A DNA stretch of 64,000 bases from Terriglobia bacterium (GCA_965218585.1 CBDCLE010000024.1:288001-352000), one strand, 5' to 3'. Positions 50,857-61,229 are shown, counted from the stretch's first letter. Notes: generated by a model from the sequence alone, not told the origin. Made by a program: numbers and translations.

Positions 50857-51096
50857 CTAGTGATAGTGGCCGTGTTCGGGTGACCAGACGGCGGCCGGCG
50901 TGTCCTCGGCCTCGCTCGTGGCCACGGCTCTGACGAATCCGATGGTACCAATGAGCAGAAGGCTGCCTAAGAGGAGAACAAGAGCCCTGGACGTCGAGTT
51001 GTTGGCTGTCGCGGCTGTACTGCCACAGCAGTTTTTGTATTTCTTGCCGCTGCCGCAGGGGCATGGCTGGTTTCGACCGACTTTTTCTTTTTTCAT
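50857..51096 (-). CDS. SEC-C motif single-pass membrane protein with a C-terminal WSPEHGHYH
   Basis: [19 protein letters not shown], one TM helix and a His-rich C-terminus. Confidence 0.85.
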   Translation of the reverse strand: MKKEKVGRNQPCPCGSGKKYKNCCGSTAATANNSTSRALVLLLGSLLLIGTIGFVRAVATSEAEDTPAAVWSPEHGHYH

Positions 51097-51187
51097 AAGT
51101 AACCTTTGCTCCGATTCAGAAAGCCCACTGGAAGCTTATAAGAGCAACAGGGCGCGGTCAATCAGAACGCGCCCTGTTCTATTTGGA

Positions 51188-53296
51188 CTACCGGGCCAGC
51201 GGATCGGGCCGTACCTGGAAATGTACGACAAGCGGCCTGTTTCCCTGACCGCCTTCCATGAGCCAGGGTGTCCGATCACCTTCCGAGACCCACAACCCGC
51301 GGCCCTTCCAGCCGGCATCCGGGTCGTCTATGCGCCCGTCAAACCCCTTGCTGTAGAAGCCCATCGGGTATGGAATACGGAGGGTCACGAACTCGCCGTC
51401 CACAAGAGCGTGAACGCCGTCAGCGAGGTTCCCCGTGGCGATCGGGACGTTCTCACCGAGTCCGGAAGAATTACGCTGGTCGACCCAGGTGTAGTAGCTG
51501 GACTCGACGCTGAACTCCGGCAAGTCGTCGAAGCCGGGCCCGGGCAGATCATGCAGGGTCCAGCCTTCCTGACAGTGGTCTCCGGTGGCATCCGGACCAT
51601 TCAATGGCCCTGTGCATTTACTGCGATCAAACTCACCCATGTGTCCGCTTCCAAGTGACGCCCAGACCACGCCGTTACGGTCGATGTCCGCGCCTCGGAC
51701 CCCGAACCCCGGGGCCGGAGGACGATAGATCTCTCCGAGCCCGGTTTCCGGATCGTATCGGACGACGGCGCCCCTAGCCTGGAAGGCGTTCGATCCCCAG
51801 ATAGAACCGTCAGCGGGGTTCGGCATTACGGCGTAGAAGCCCGCGTTGATTCGTGTGTCCATCTGTGGGTTTGCGGGTTCATCCGGTTCGGTCCAGTCGT
51901 CCCGTTGGCCATTACCATTGGTATCCAGAATGAGGGGCGACCAGCCCTGTGAAGCTTCGCTGTCGCCGGTCTCGTCATACATCCTGGTGTCGAACCAGCC
52001 GACCACGGGGCCACCGCCACTGGTCCAGAGCGTGTTGTTCTCGTCCTCGGCGAACTGAAGATGGTGCGTCCCGTAACAGGTGTCTATGGGCGTATATTCT
52101 CCGGTATCCGGTTCGTACACGGCCAGCTGCCGTCCCGAGCGGGCGTTGGGAAACAGTTGGGCGGATGGATGATCGGAACCTTCCTGGCAGAAATCCGGAT
52201 TGTTCGGTCCCCGGACTCTTGCGGTGTACCAGACACGGCCGTCTTGGTCGAACATCGGGTTGTGGGCGTTTGCCTGGCTGTCCCATATGATCTCCTCACC
52301 CCAATAGGGTGAAGCCGCATACGGAGGTGTGCTCGCCGTTGTCGGTGTATCCGGGTCCAGTACCCGAGCCCTCAAGCTGGTGTCCGTGTTGGCGACCGGG
52401 TCAAGGATCGGGAAATCGTCCGTGCTGAGCTCCGGGGCCCCATAGATCCGGCCATACGGGTTGAGGGTGGGGTCGCGGCGGTCGGTGGATGCTAGATCGT
52501 GCATATAGACCGAAGGGCTGCCCCAGTCCCGGACCGTCGCGACAACGTTCCGCTCGATCCCGGACGGTCTGTCCGGCACGGTCTCGGGTATCTCGCCGGC
52601 AGCAATACGATCGGTCCAGTCCGCCAGGTACTTGATGGGAATGCCCTGCAGGCGGCCGGTCACCTGTCCCAGCATCTGTCCGCCGGCCTGCCCGGATTGA
52701 ATCCGGCGCGTCCAGGCATCTTCGGAGGATTCGAACTCTCCCAGGCTTTCCGGTATCGTGCGGGTCGATGCCTGACCTAGCTGGTGGCAACCGATGCAAC
52801 CCATGTTCTTCATGAAAGCGAGATACGAGTTCATGCCCCCCGGAATGTTTTCCACTTCACTTTCTTCGGGCAGGTCCATCATGGAGTACCAGTGACTGGC
52901 AGGGTAGACCTGGGCGGCCGTAGCGGCGTCAGCAGCAACAACGGCGGTAAGGTCGAGCATGTCTCCGGGTGAGGCGGCCACCTTCGCTGAGTCGCTCAGA
53001 CCATAGCCGCGAACCCAGATGTCGTAGTCTGCGCTCGGGAGATCGGGAACCACGTAGCGTCCCTCGTCATCGGTCACCACGATCCGGGCGAATCGTGTTT
53101 CAAATTCTTCTGTTTCCGCGATGACCCAGACGCCGGCTTCCGGGCCGTTGGCGCTGGTGACGACACCCCCGATATCGTCGTTATCGATCTGGAGTGTGGA
53201 ACTTTCCGCCCCCTGACATCCCGTCATGACGACGACCATCAGAATACCCAGAGCAAAAACGGTGCTTTTACAGTACAAGCCGTTGCCTATCCTCAT
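51188..53296 (-). CDS. Lipoprotein: carboxypeptidase-regulatory-like domain, CxxCH cytochrome c motif and Vgb-like beta-propeller
   Basis: Lipobox-like VMTGC; GPEAGVWVIAET; VVTDDEGRY; WVRGYGL; CIGCHQLG; HNPMFDQDGRVW; GTHHLQF; RGADIDRNGVVW. Confidence 0.8.
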   Translation of the reverse strand: MRIGNGLYCKSTVFALGILMVVVMTGCQGAESSTLQIDNDDIGGVVTSANGPEAGVWVIAETEEFETRFARIVVTDDEGRYVVPDLPSADYDIWVRGYGLSDSAKVAASPGDMLDLTAVVAADAATAAQVYPASHWYSMMDLPEESEVENIPGGMNSYLAFMKNMGCIGCHQLGQASTRTIPESLGEFESSEDAWTRRIQSGQAGGQMLGQVTGRLQGIPIKYLADWTDRIAAGEIPETVPDRPSGIERNVVATVRDWGSPSVYMHDLASTDRRDPTLNPYGRIYGAPELSTDDFPILDPVANTDTSLRARVLDPDTPTTASTPPYAASPYWGEEIIWDSQANAHNPMFDQDGRVWYTARVRGPNNPDFCQEGSDHPSAQLFPNARSGRQLAVYEPDTGEYTPIDTCYGTHHLQFAEDENNTLWTSGGGPVVGWFDTRMYDETGDSEASQGWSPLILDTNGNGQRDDWTEPDEPANPQMDTRINAGFYAVMPNPADGSIWGSNAFQARGAVVRYDPETGLGEIYRPPAPGFGVRGADIDRNGVVWASLGSGHMGEFDRSKCTGPLNGPDATGDHCQEGWTLHDLPGPGFDDLPEFSVESSYYTWVDQRNSSGLGENVPIATGNLADGVHALVDGEFVTLRIPYPMGFYSKGFDGRIDDPDAGWKGRGLWVSEGDRTPWLMEGGQGNRPLVVHFQVRPDPLAR

Positions 53297-53474
53297 CTCG
53301 TTCTCTCCCTCAGGTGGATTTGGTTCCGCCGATTCTATCATTCCGGTGGGTTCGGGCGTGTGTGTTAGTGAACGGTTGTTTTTCCCTCTCCGCGATGATA
53401 TCCACTGTACTTGAGTGTGCCAAGTTTGGCAGAAAGCAGGTTACTGGCCCCATCTCGAAAAAGGACTGTGAATC

Positions 53475-53848
53475 GTGACGCTGGGAGATCTGAACAAACA
53501 TAAATACGTGGCGCTGGAGACGTATAAGAAGAGCGGTCAAGGCGTGAGCACGGCGATGTGGGTCACGGCCAAAGCCGACGCTTTGTACATGCTGACGGAC
53601 GCGAACAGCTGGAAGGCGAAACGAATCCGGAACAACGACCGGGTTCGCCTGGCCCAGAGTGACTCGAAGGGAAAACTGTGAAGGGTGAGTGGGTGGACGC
53701 CAAGGCCCGGCTTCTTGATGATCCTGAGATACTGGCGGCACAGAAGCGGCGAGCCGTGGCAAAATACGGCGTGATGGTCCGATTGATGTCTCTTATTGTG
53801 CGACTGACCGAACCCGGGCGAGTCGATGTCGTGATTGAGATTCAGTGA
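53475..53848 (+). CDS. PPOX-class (F420-dependent) oxidoreductase with a frameshift near 53675
   Basis: KYVALETYKKSGQGVSTAMW...SWKAKRIRNNDRVRLA. After a 1-nt shift it continues VKGEWVDAKARLL...AKYG...VVIEIQ*. Confidence 0.75.
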
Positions 53849-55757
53849 ATAGGTGGAAACAGATGAATGTGATGACAAGGCTGAAAGATGTTTACGGAGC
53901 GAAGATGTGGAAAGTCTCCTTTGAATCCGCCACGAGCTTGGTCCTCGTGTCGATTCTCAGTGTAAGCATATCTCCGGTGGCTCTTGCCCAGGGCTTGAAC
54001 GCTGGACCAGGGTCGAGCGAGGAGCAGCGGGCACGCATGGAGTTGCCGGAGGTTGAATCTCGGGCCCGGGATTTCGCGACTGCCGAAGAACACTACGACT
54101 ACCTGCTGGAGGAAGCTGACGGCGGCACCCGGCACACGATGGCCACCATACCGGTCTGGGACGGACTCTGGGGTTCGGGGAACAACACGATGCCCGGCCT
54201 GTTCTTAGAAGATGGATCGCTGGCGATTGCCATGAGCCCAGGCGGAACTGTGAAAGAAGACGTCTTGACTCCTGCCTATGAGCAGCAGTTTCGGGAACGT
54301 CGAGCGGAACTGGAACAGTACGGCGAACAGCTCTACGACCACCTGACCAACTGTGAGTACCCCGGTGCAGCGCGCTGGCTCTGGGAGCCGTATATCAAGG
54401 AGTTCGTCAACACGCCGAAACAGACTTGGATGCTAAACGACATGATGAACGAGACCCGCCGCGTCTATATCGGTGCCGAACACGTCAACATCGAAGGAGC
54501 ACACTCGGCGACCGGCGACAGTATCGGTTTCTGGGATGATGACAAGCTGGTCCTGTGGACCAAATGGATTCAACCGGTCGACTACCTGCGCGGCCTACCG
54601 TTGACCAGCAATCAACTCGAGATGGTAGAAAGCTGGCAACAGATCACGGGAGAGGACGGGGCCAGAATGTTGGTCACCCAGGTGACGTTTTACGATCCCA
54701 TCGGACTGGTCAGGCCACAGTCGGCCGTTTACAGTCACAATTCCCGCCCGGACCTTGAGGAATTCGGTGTCCGGATCCGAAACTGGGAATGCCCGACCAG
54801 CACCAACTCTTACCTAAGGCGTGTTAACACTAATGAGCATGAATGTTTTATAATCAGGCATGGAGATCACACAGGAGCAGTATTGTCGCATCGAGCCGGA
54901 ACTGCCGCGTCAGCGGGGCAACGTCAGTCTTTCGAACCTGACGGTCTTGAACGCCATTTTGTATGTGGCTGAGCAGGGCTGCAAGTGGCGCGGTCTGCCC
55001 AAGCGCTTTGGCAACTGGCACACCATCTACACCCGGATGAACCGCTGGTCCAAGAACGGGGTGCTCGACGCCGTCTTCGAAAAAACTCCAGCGCGAGCAA
55101 CTGGTGCGCATCCGGGTGGAAGCCGTTTCGATGGACTCGACCATTGTGAAGGTGCATCCCGACGGCACGGGAGCGTTAAAAAAAACGGTCCGCAAGCGAT
55201 CGGCAAATCCCGCGGTGGATGGACCACCAAGATTCATCTGGTTGCCGCGAATGCTCGAACGGCGATAACGTTTGCGCTCTCGCCCGGCCAAGCGCACGAC
55301 GCCCCGCAGGGCCGCGATCTGCTCGCCGGCCTGGGGCCGTTGCCCGCGCCGCTGCCGCTGCTGATGGACCGTGCCTACCAGGACGACCAGACCCGCCAAT
55401 TGGCTCTGGATTTTGGGTGGATTCCCGTCGTGCCGCCCAAGCGCAACCGCCTGGAGCCGTGGGAATACGACCGCGTGCTCTACCGCCGCAGGAACGAAGT
55501 CGAGAGGCTCTTCCGCCGACTCAAGGGTTTTCGGCGTATCTTCTCCCGTTTCGATAAACTCGACGTCATGTTTCCTCGCCTTCCTTCACTTCGCACTCAT
55601 CGTCGAGGCACTACGTTAGTGTTAACACGTCCTAGCTGAGGACGGGACAACGCAGTTTTACCTGCCGGGAGATCTCGAATACAAGGATCCGCGCGGGTTT
55701 ACGGATTTTCCGGATATCCCGGGTCAGTCGCTCAATCCTATTTTCGATGCGCAATGA
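53845..55757 (+). pseudogene. Secreted DxxGxW large-partner protein (copy 5), interrupted by an IS5-family element
   Basis: PVWDGLW, NCEYPG, ETRRVYIG, GDSIGFWD, FYDP, WEC. Removing the IS and one TA restores SYLAEDGTTQFYLPGD...IFDAQ* ending at 55757. Confidence 0.82.
54817..55632 (+). mobile_element. IS5-family element (IS427-group-like)
   Basis: TIRs AGGCGTGTTAACACTAA and GGACGTGTTAACACTAA (rc); TA duplication in a CTAG target. Transposase 54860-~55619 with GCKWRGLP..FG.W.TIY, SRGGWTTKIH, DRAY, YRRRNEVERLF; A8 slippery site at 55178-55185. Confidence 0.92.
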
Positions 55758-55797
55758 GTCACTGAGGGCAAAGAGCCAAATGGAGAGGAAGACGACG

Positions 55798-56262
55798 ATG
55801 AAAAACCTAATGCTTGCCGCATTCGTGATCGCCACCTTGTGCGTGGCTGGTACGGCCACGGGCCACCATTCGTTCGCGATGTTTGATACAGCCCAGGAAA
55901 TGTTGATTGAGGGACGTGTTGTGGACTGGCACTACAACAACCCGCATAGTTGGCTGTATGTCGAAGCTCCCGATGAAAACGGTGAAATGCAGACCTGGAG
56001 TATTGAGGGGGCGGCACGGGTGCATGCTGCCCGTCAGGGCGTGACCGGTAACACGTTTCGAAAAGGTGAATTTGTCAGGGTGGTGATGAACCCTCTTCGG
56101 GACGGGCGACGCGCCGGTGCGGTGTGCATCGTCGTCAAAGAGGACGGAACCATTGCACAGCCGAATGACGGGACATGTATCGCAAACGACGTTATCGACC
56201 GGTGGGAGTCAAACGGGTGGTTTGAGACGACCGGTCATCTCGACGTTCATCCTGCCGACTGA
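55798..56262 (+). CDS. DUF6152-like small secreted protein, mature N-terminus HHS (copy 3)
   Basis: Signal peptide ending ATG(ly), then HHSFAMFD...YNNPHSWLYV...WSIEG...NPLRDG. Confidence 0.85.
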   Translation: MKNLMLAAFVIATLCVAGTATGHHSFAMFDTAQEMLIEGRVVDWHYNNPHSWLYVEAPDENGEMQTWSIEGAARVHAARQGVTGNTFRKGEFVRVVMNPLRDGRRAGAVCIVVKEDGTIAQPNDGTCIANDVIDRWESNGWFETTGHLDVHPAD

Positions 56263-56427
56263 TTTCCCTCGGGGACGGACCCCCTTGAGCCGATAACTGC
56301 CGTTTCCCAAACGAGGGCAGATCCGGCCAGCTCGTCGGGCCAAGTCAGGCAGGACGCCGGACATATCGCGGTCAATACCCTCAAATGAATGTGCCGTTCT
56401 GAACAGGTACTGGGCCTACCCAATTTG

Positions 56428-56457
56428 TTGACTGCTTGTTGCCGGCACCAATATACT
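56428..56457 (+). promoter_or_regulatory. Putative sigma70 promoter
   Basis: TTGACT-N18-TATACT upstream of 56531. Confidence 0.4.
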
Positions 56458-56530
56458 TCCGCCAAATCTACCTGACAGAGTACGTTTACTGAACGACAGG
56501 GGAATCTGAGCCCAGGTAAGGGGGTGTCTT

Positions 56531-56833
56531 ATGTCAGCGAATCGACGTGAGTTTTTCAAGGCAGCGGGACTGGCAGCGACAGGCGCGGTGGCGGCAACGA
56601 GCCCGCTATCTGCCGGGGTTGAATCTGAACCACAGGCGCAACTGGCTCCTGAGACTGTCGGAGCCAAACTTCGTGAGCTGCTCGAGACAGATACAACGTC
56701 GATTACGGAATCAGACAGCTCTGATTACTGTCCTTGTCCCCCCGTCCACACGGCACACTTGTCCCCGAGCAGGGCGGGTCATTGGGACTCGCCCCGCACC
56801 TCGAGCATCGGTGAAAAACCGAACCACGGGTGA
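56531..56833 (+). pseudogene. Tat-signal protein fragment
   Basis: RBS, then MSANRREFFKAAG twin-arginine signal. The sequence stops looking protein-like after about AKLRELLE, so it is probably a truncated gene. Confidence 0.5.
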
Positions 56834-56875
56834 ACATACCGGACGCCTCAACACCATGTATAAGGGAGTGAAAAG

Positions 56876-57715
56876 ATGGATCATGCCAGTAGTTTCAGAA
56901 CAGTAGCCAAGAGGGCTCGGGGCGCGATGATCTCTTTTTTCGTGGCAGCCGCCGTGCTGGTAGGCCCCATGGACATTGCAGCTCAGAATCCCACGATCTC
57001 TCCGGTCGGGTCGGATTTTCTTGGGACCTGGCGCAAGACGAGCCCGGGCGGAAACTGCGGTTCCCTCCTAGACCCTTTCGGCGGCCCTCGTGAGTTTTGT
57101 CAGTTTCCGGTCGATCAACTCGAACCGCTTTTGAACGGAAGGGCCCGGGCATGGATCGAGTTTTCCGACGAAACCTTGTCGCCGAGATGGGCCTGCGTCG
57201 CGGCGGGAATCCAAACCGTGTTGACCGATGCCGGGGGCTACCTTTGGACCATATCCACGAGGCCTGATGCGGTCGTGCAGTCCTTCGAGCAGTCCAACTG
57301 GGTGCGTTACATCTGGATGGACGGCCGGGGCCATCCGCCTGCTACCGACATCTTTTATCACGGACATTCGATCGGCCGCATGGACGGCAACGTGTTGGTC
57401 GTCGAAACTACGAATTTTACGTTTGATCCGGATGGCTGGGACGACCAGTCCCACATCGCCACTTCGCATCTGAAGAAGTTGACCGAGCGCTACATACCCA
57501 CCGGCACGGACACTGTGGAGATTGAATTCACCGTCGAGGATCCTGTTTTTCTGAAGGCGCCTTTTACGTGGAGCCATACGTATGGAAAGACCGATCAACA
57601 GTTCATCGGTTCCTGGGACTGCGATCCCGAGGTTGGCTTGCGGGAACTGTATCAGTCGATTCCGAGCAGGTACGAGGACGACACGACGCCAGCGAGGTAT
57701 ATAAACAGCTTCTAG
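56876..57715 (+). CDS. Secreted DxxGxW large-partner protein (copy 6)
   Basis: SDFLGTW, WACV, RYIWMDGRGHP, YHGHSIGR, LVVETTNF, TERY, VEDPVFLKAPF, WDCDP. Confidence 0.85.
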   Translation: MDHASSFRTVAKRARGAMISFFVAAAVLVGPMDIAAQNPTISPVGSDFLGTWRKTSPGGNCGSLLDPFGGPREFCQFPVDQLEPLLNGRARAWIEFSDETLSPRWACVAAGIQTVLTDAGGYLWTISTRPDAVVQSFEQSNWVRYIWMDGRGHPPATDIFYHGHSIGRMDGNVLVVETTNFTFDPDGWDDQSHIATSHLKKLTERYIPTGTDTVEIEFTVEDPVFLKAPFTWSHTYGKTDQQFIGSWDCDPEVGLRELYQSIPSRYEDDTTPARYINSF

Positions 57716-57727
57716 CGGGAGGGTAGA

Positions 57728-57898
57728 GTGGCGAAACTTTTGGTTCCCACAATTTTGGCCGTTACCTTTCTTGTTCTGGCCGTCCCGATCCAGGCACACC
57801 ATTCGATCACTGCACTCTGGTTTACGGACCGAAGCATTCCGATCACCGGGCTTGTGCGTTCGTACGGACAAGAAGAACTCGAAAGAAACCTGGACTAG
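57728..57898 (+). pseudogene. DUF6152-like HHS protein (copy 4), truncated next to the IS1595 remnant; not in the ORF track
   Basis: GGAGGG RBS, then GTG: MAKLLVPTILAVTFLVLAVPIQA|HHSITALWFTDRSIPITGLV..., stopping before any NPH motif. Confidence 0.78.
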
Positions 57899-58187
57899 GC
57901 CACCAGATCCTTGTAGGGGAGCATGTCCGCGTTGACGATCAAACGCAAGGCATCCCGGAAGATGTAAGGGTTGTCGCGGTTGTTGAAGCGCCATTCCAGT
58001 TCCTCAAGATAACGGTCCAGATGTTTCGCACTGATCTTATGGAACGATCCGACGATAGACCGCTTGAACAGGCTCCACACGCCCTCAATGCTGTTGGTGT
58101 GGACATCGCCGACAACCCATTCCTCAGCGGAGTGGTTGACGGTCTCATGGCGCGTGTCGTGATCCTCGATCCCGAGGTAAGACTTCA
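57895..58187 (-). mobile_element. IS1595-family transposase C-terminal remnant
   Basis: Reads KSYLGIEDHDTRHETVNHSAEEWVVGDVHTNSIEGVWSLFKRSIVGSFHKISAKHLDRYLEELEWRFNNR; cut off at the IS256 end. Confidence 0.88.
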
Positions 58188-59575
58188 GGAGTTATTGTCA
58201 AAAGTGGTGTTTTGCCGATTGACTCAAGCGGCGGCCTGATCGACGTGGGTCACTTCGATTCCATCGTTGAATTTCACTCCAGTAATCACCTTGGGCAGAT
58301 CATCGAATCCTCGTAATCGTCGCCAGTTCTTTTGAGCGCACTGTCCCAGTTTGAACATCATGTGCAGCATGCCAACCCGCGTCAGGCAACCCCTGGATCG
58401 CTTGGTTCGGTGGCGAATGGTAGCAAAGGTCGACTCAATGGGATTGGTCGTTCGGATGCTCTGCCAGTGCTTGGCCGGGAAGTTGAAGAAGGCCAGCAGT
58501 TCTTCTTTGTCTTTCTGGAGGCAGCGAGTGGCTTTCGGATACTTCGGCTCATAGGTTTCAATGAACAGATCGAATGCCTTCTCGGCGTCTGCCTGTGTCT
58601 GAGCCCGCCAGATCGCGTGCAAAGCCTGTTTCGCCTTCGCCTGGGCCGACTTCGGGAGCCCGTTCAGTACGTTCATGGTCTTGTGCATCCAGCAACGTTG
58701 GTGACGTGTCTCGGGATAGATTTCCTCCAGTGCGGCCCAGAATCCCATCGCACCGTCTCCGATGGCCAACTTCGGGATATTCATCCCACGCGACTTCAGC
58801 TTTAACAAGACCTCGCGCCAACTCTGTGTCGATTCCCGGACACCGTCTTCGATTGCCAGAAAACGTTTCTCTCCGCGTTGATTCGCGCCGATCACCACCA
58901 GTGCGCACAACTTGGTTTCTTCGGCCCGCAGTCCGCTGTAGATACCGTCGGCCCAGACATAGACCCAGCGATCGGCATCCAATCGCTCCTCGCATCCCCG
59001 GCGGTACTGCTCGGCCCAGACCTGTTTCAACCGCGATACCGTGCTCGCCGACAGGCCCTGCGCCTGGGGTCCGACAAGAACTTTTAGAGCGTCACCCATC
59101 TCGCCGCTGGAGACGCCTTTCAAATACAACCACGGCACCGCTGCTTCCAGCGATTTCGTTTTCCGAATGTAGGGAGGTACCAGGGCCGACCGGAACGTTA
59201 CCGGGTCGCCAGTCTTCGCTCGGACTTTCGGGATCTGGACCGTTACCGGCCCCAAACCGGTCTGCAGTTCACGTTCAGGCAGATAACCGTTGCGCACCAC
59301 CCCGGCGTTGCCCGTCTCGGTTCTCCGATCGCCGTGGTGGGATAGCAGTTCCGCCAATTCGGTTTCCACCGCGCGTTGGATCAGTTGCTGAGCTCCAACT
59401 CGTAGTAGCTCTGTTATCGGATCCTCAATCGTCTCTCGACCCTCCGGTCCATTCACGTTACTCTTGCTCATAGTGGCGTATCTCCCTTGGTTGCTTTGAA
59501 GTCTGGTAAACAACAAATCAACCAGATACGCCGCTCTTCCTCAATCCCTTAAACACCAGATTCGGTTATAACTCC
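58188..59575 (-). mobile_element. IS256-family element; transposase 58224-59471
   Basis: TIRs GGAGTTAT..TGGTGTTT at both ends; RNGY, YLKGVSSG, WADG, GDGAMGFW, QRCWMHK, TTNPIES. Confidence 0.93.
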
Positions 59576-59657
59576 CGGACTTTGAGCAACGACGCAAGAA
59601 GGCGATCGTTACTACAGAAGGGGCCGCCGAAGTTCGTTTCCAGCAAGCTCTCTATTA

Positions 59658-61121
59658 CTACTATGTTACAAACGAAGCGGTCCACAGAACGGACAACGAG
59701 GAAGCTGCTGAATCAGGAAGCGGGCGATGCGAATGCGAAGCGTGGCAATCGAGCAGGGGTTATGTCGTTCGGGCCGGATCCGGGGTTCCGCGGGGTTTGA
59801 AGTGTTTGGGGAGTTTGGGGACGGATAGTCCAACATGCTCGACAAATGCAGAGGGGGAAAAACGGCTCCGCTCGGCGACCAGGAACCCATAAGAGGCAAT
59901 ACATAAGGTGCCATGATGGTGAAATCCACGCCAGCCGCGACCTTCGTAGTGTCCCAGACCGAGTTCCTGCTTGAGTTCCTGATAGTCGCGTTCGATGATC
60001 CAGCGCTGTTTGGCCTGACCGGCCAGATCGGAAAGCGAGGTATGGGCCCCAAGAGTGGAGAGCCAGTACCGGATCGGTTCGGATGCGGTCTTGGGCCACT
60101 CGACCAACAACCACTCTTTCGGATGCGGCGAGTGGCGCTCGTGATCCAGATGAGCGGGACGAATGCGAACTGCGGCGAAACGGGAACGCAGGGTCTCGGA
60201 GGTGCCTTCGCGCCAGGAGACGTTCTTCCAACGCTGGGGAGACAACGAGAGGGCCAGTTGCTTGACCGAAACCGGTTGATGTTTCTTGTTGCGCTGCATG
60301 CGGGTCGGTGTCCGTCCGCGGCCGGTCAAGGATTTCGGCGGCAAGGGACCCTGGCCCGGTTTCCACACGGTCGTGGTGCCTTGCACCCCTAGGACGTAGC
60401 TAAGTCCGAGTTCGGTGATGCCGTGCCGGAACTTGTAGTTGTTGCCGTAGGCCGTATCGCCCAGAACCGGTGCCGGAGCAATGCCGTCATCGACGGCCTG
60501 CCGGATTTGTTCCAAAGCAATTTGAGGTTTAGTTTGAAATCGAACGTCTTCGGGAATAGCGGCTTTGCTTCGACGTTCCGGATCCTTCGCCCAGGTCTCG
60601 GGGAGGTAGAGTCGCCATGCCACCGGCAAGCTGGATTTCGCTGTCGCCACCGACAGGCTCACCGCCACCCGGCAGTTCTCAGGTTTGCCGACCTGTCCAC
60701 AGTATTGCCGGGCCACACCCACCGAGTGGGTCCCCTTTTTCACGAATCCGGTGTCGTCGACAATCCAGGCTTCAATCGGACCGTTGGCTTCCATCGCCCC
60801 CAGCGCGTACTGTCGAACTTCTGCCAACAGAGCCGCATCGTCCCAGGGCGCATCCGCGACCAGATGATGTAGCGACTGGTGCATTCGGCGTACATTATCC
60901 GGAGCCAATCGTGCAGCCATCGGCTCCACACTCTTACGTTTGATCGGCAGCAACAACCCGGTGCAGTACGACTTCAACGGTTCATGACGATCGGCGTGTC
61001 CTGCGGCCGACGCCAGGCGTTCCAAATAGGCCGCAAAACGTTTTTCCTGAGTGCCTGGCGCCTTCGATTTGGCGCTCATGACCGGATGCTAACATAAAAT
61101 AGACCGTTTGTAACACAGTAG
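59658..61121 (-). mobile_element. IS701-family element; transposase 59760-61079
   Basis: TIRs CTACTATGTTACAAACG and CTACTGTGTTACAAACG (rc); RKSVEPMA, DDTGFVKKG.HSVGVARQYCG, D.AYG, RWIIERDYQELKQELGL.HYEGR.W.GFHHH. Confidence 0.93.
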
Positions 61122-61229
61122 TACTAGACGGAATCCTCGACAAGACGGGGAAGATACCAGACGGTGAAGAAGATCTCTGCTTTCAGGGGTCAGCTTGTCC
61201 TTGAGCCTCCTTACACGCAAGCACCGTCC

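Noticed and set aside
53845-54972. 375-aa ORF as a complete protein
   Set aside because: Its last ~50 codons read into the IS5 left end; the native tail lies at 55635-55757.
54860-55639. Intact single-ORF IS5 transposase
   Set aside because: The segment after 55080 is out of frame; the conserved SMDSTIVKVHPDG is in another frame, so the fusion comes from an extra A.
59666-59790. IS701 C-terminal tail (RPERHNP...CPFC) in a second frame, counted as a sequencing error
   Set aside because: It may be a natural or programmed feature (a TTTTCCCCC run lies upstream); this cannot be decided without other copies.
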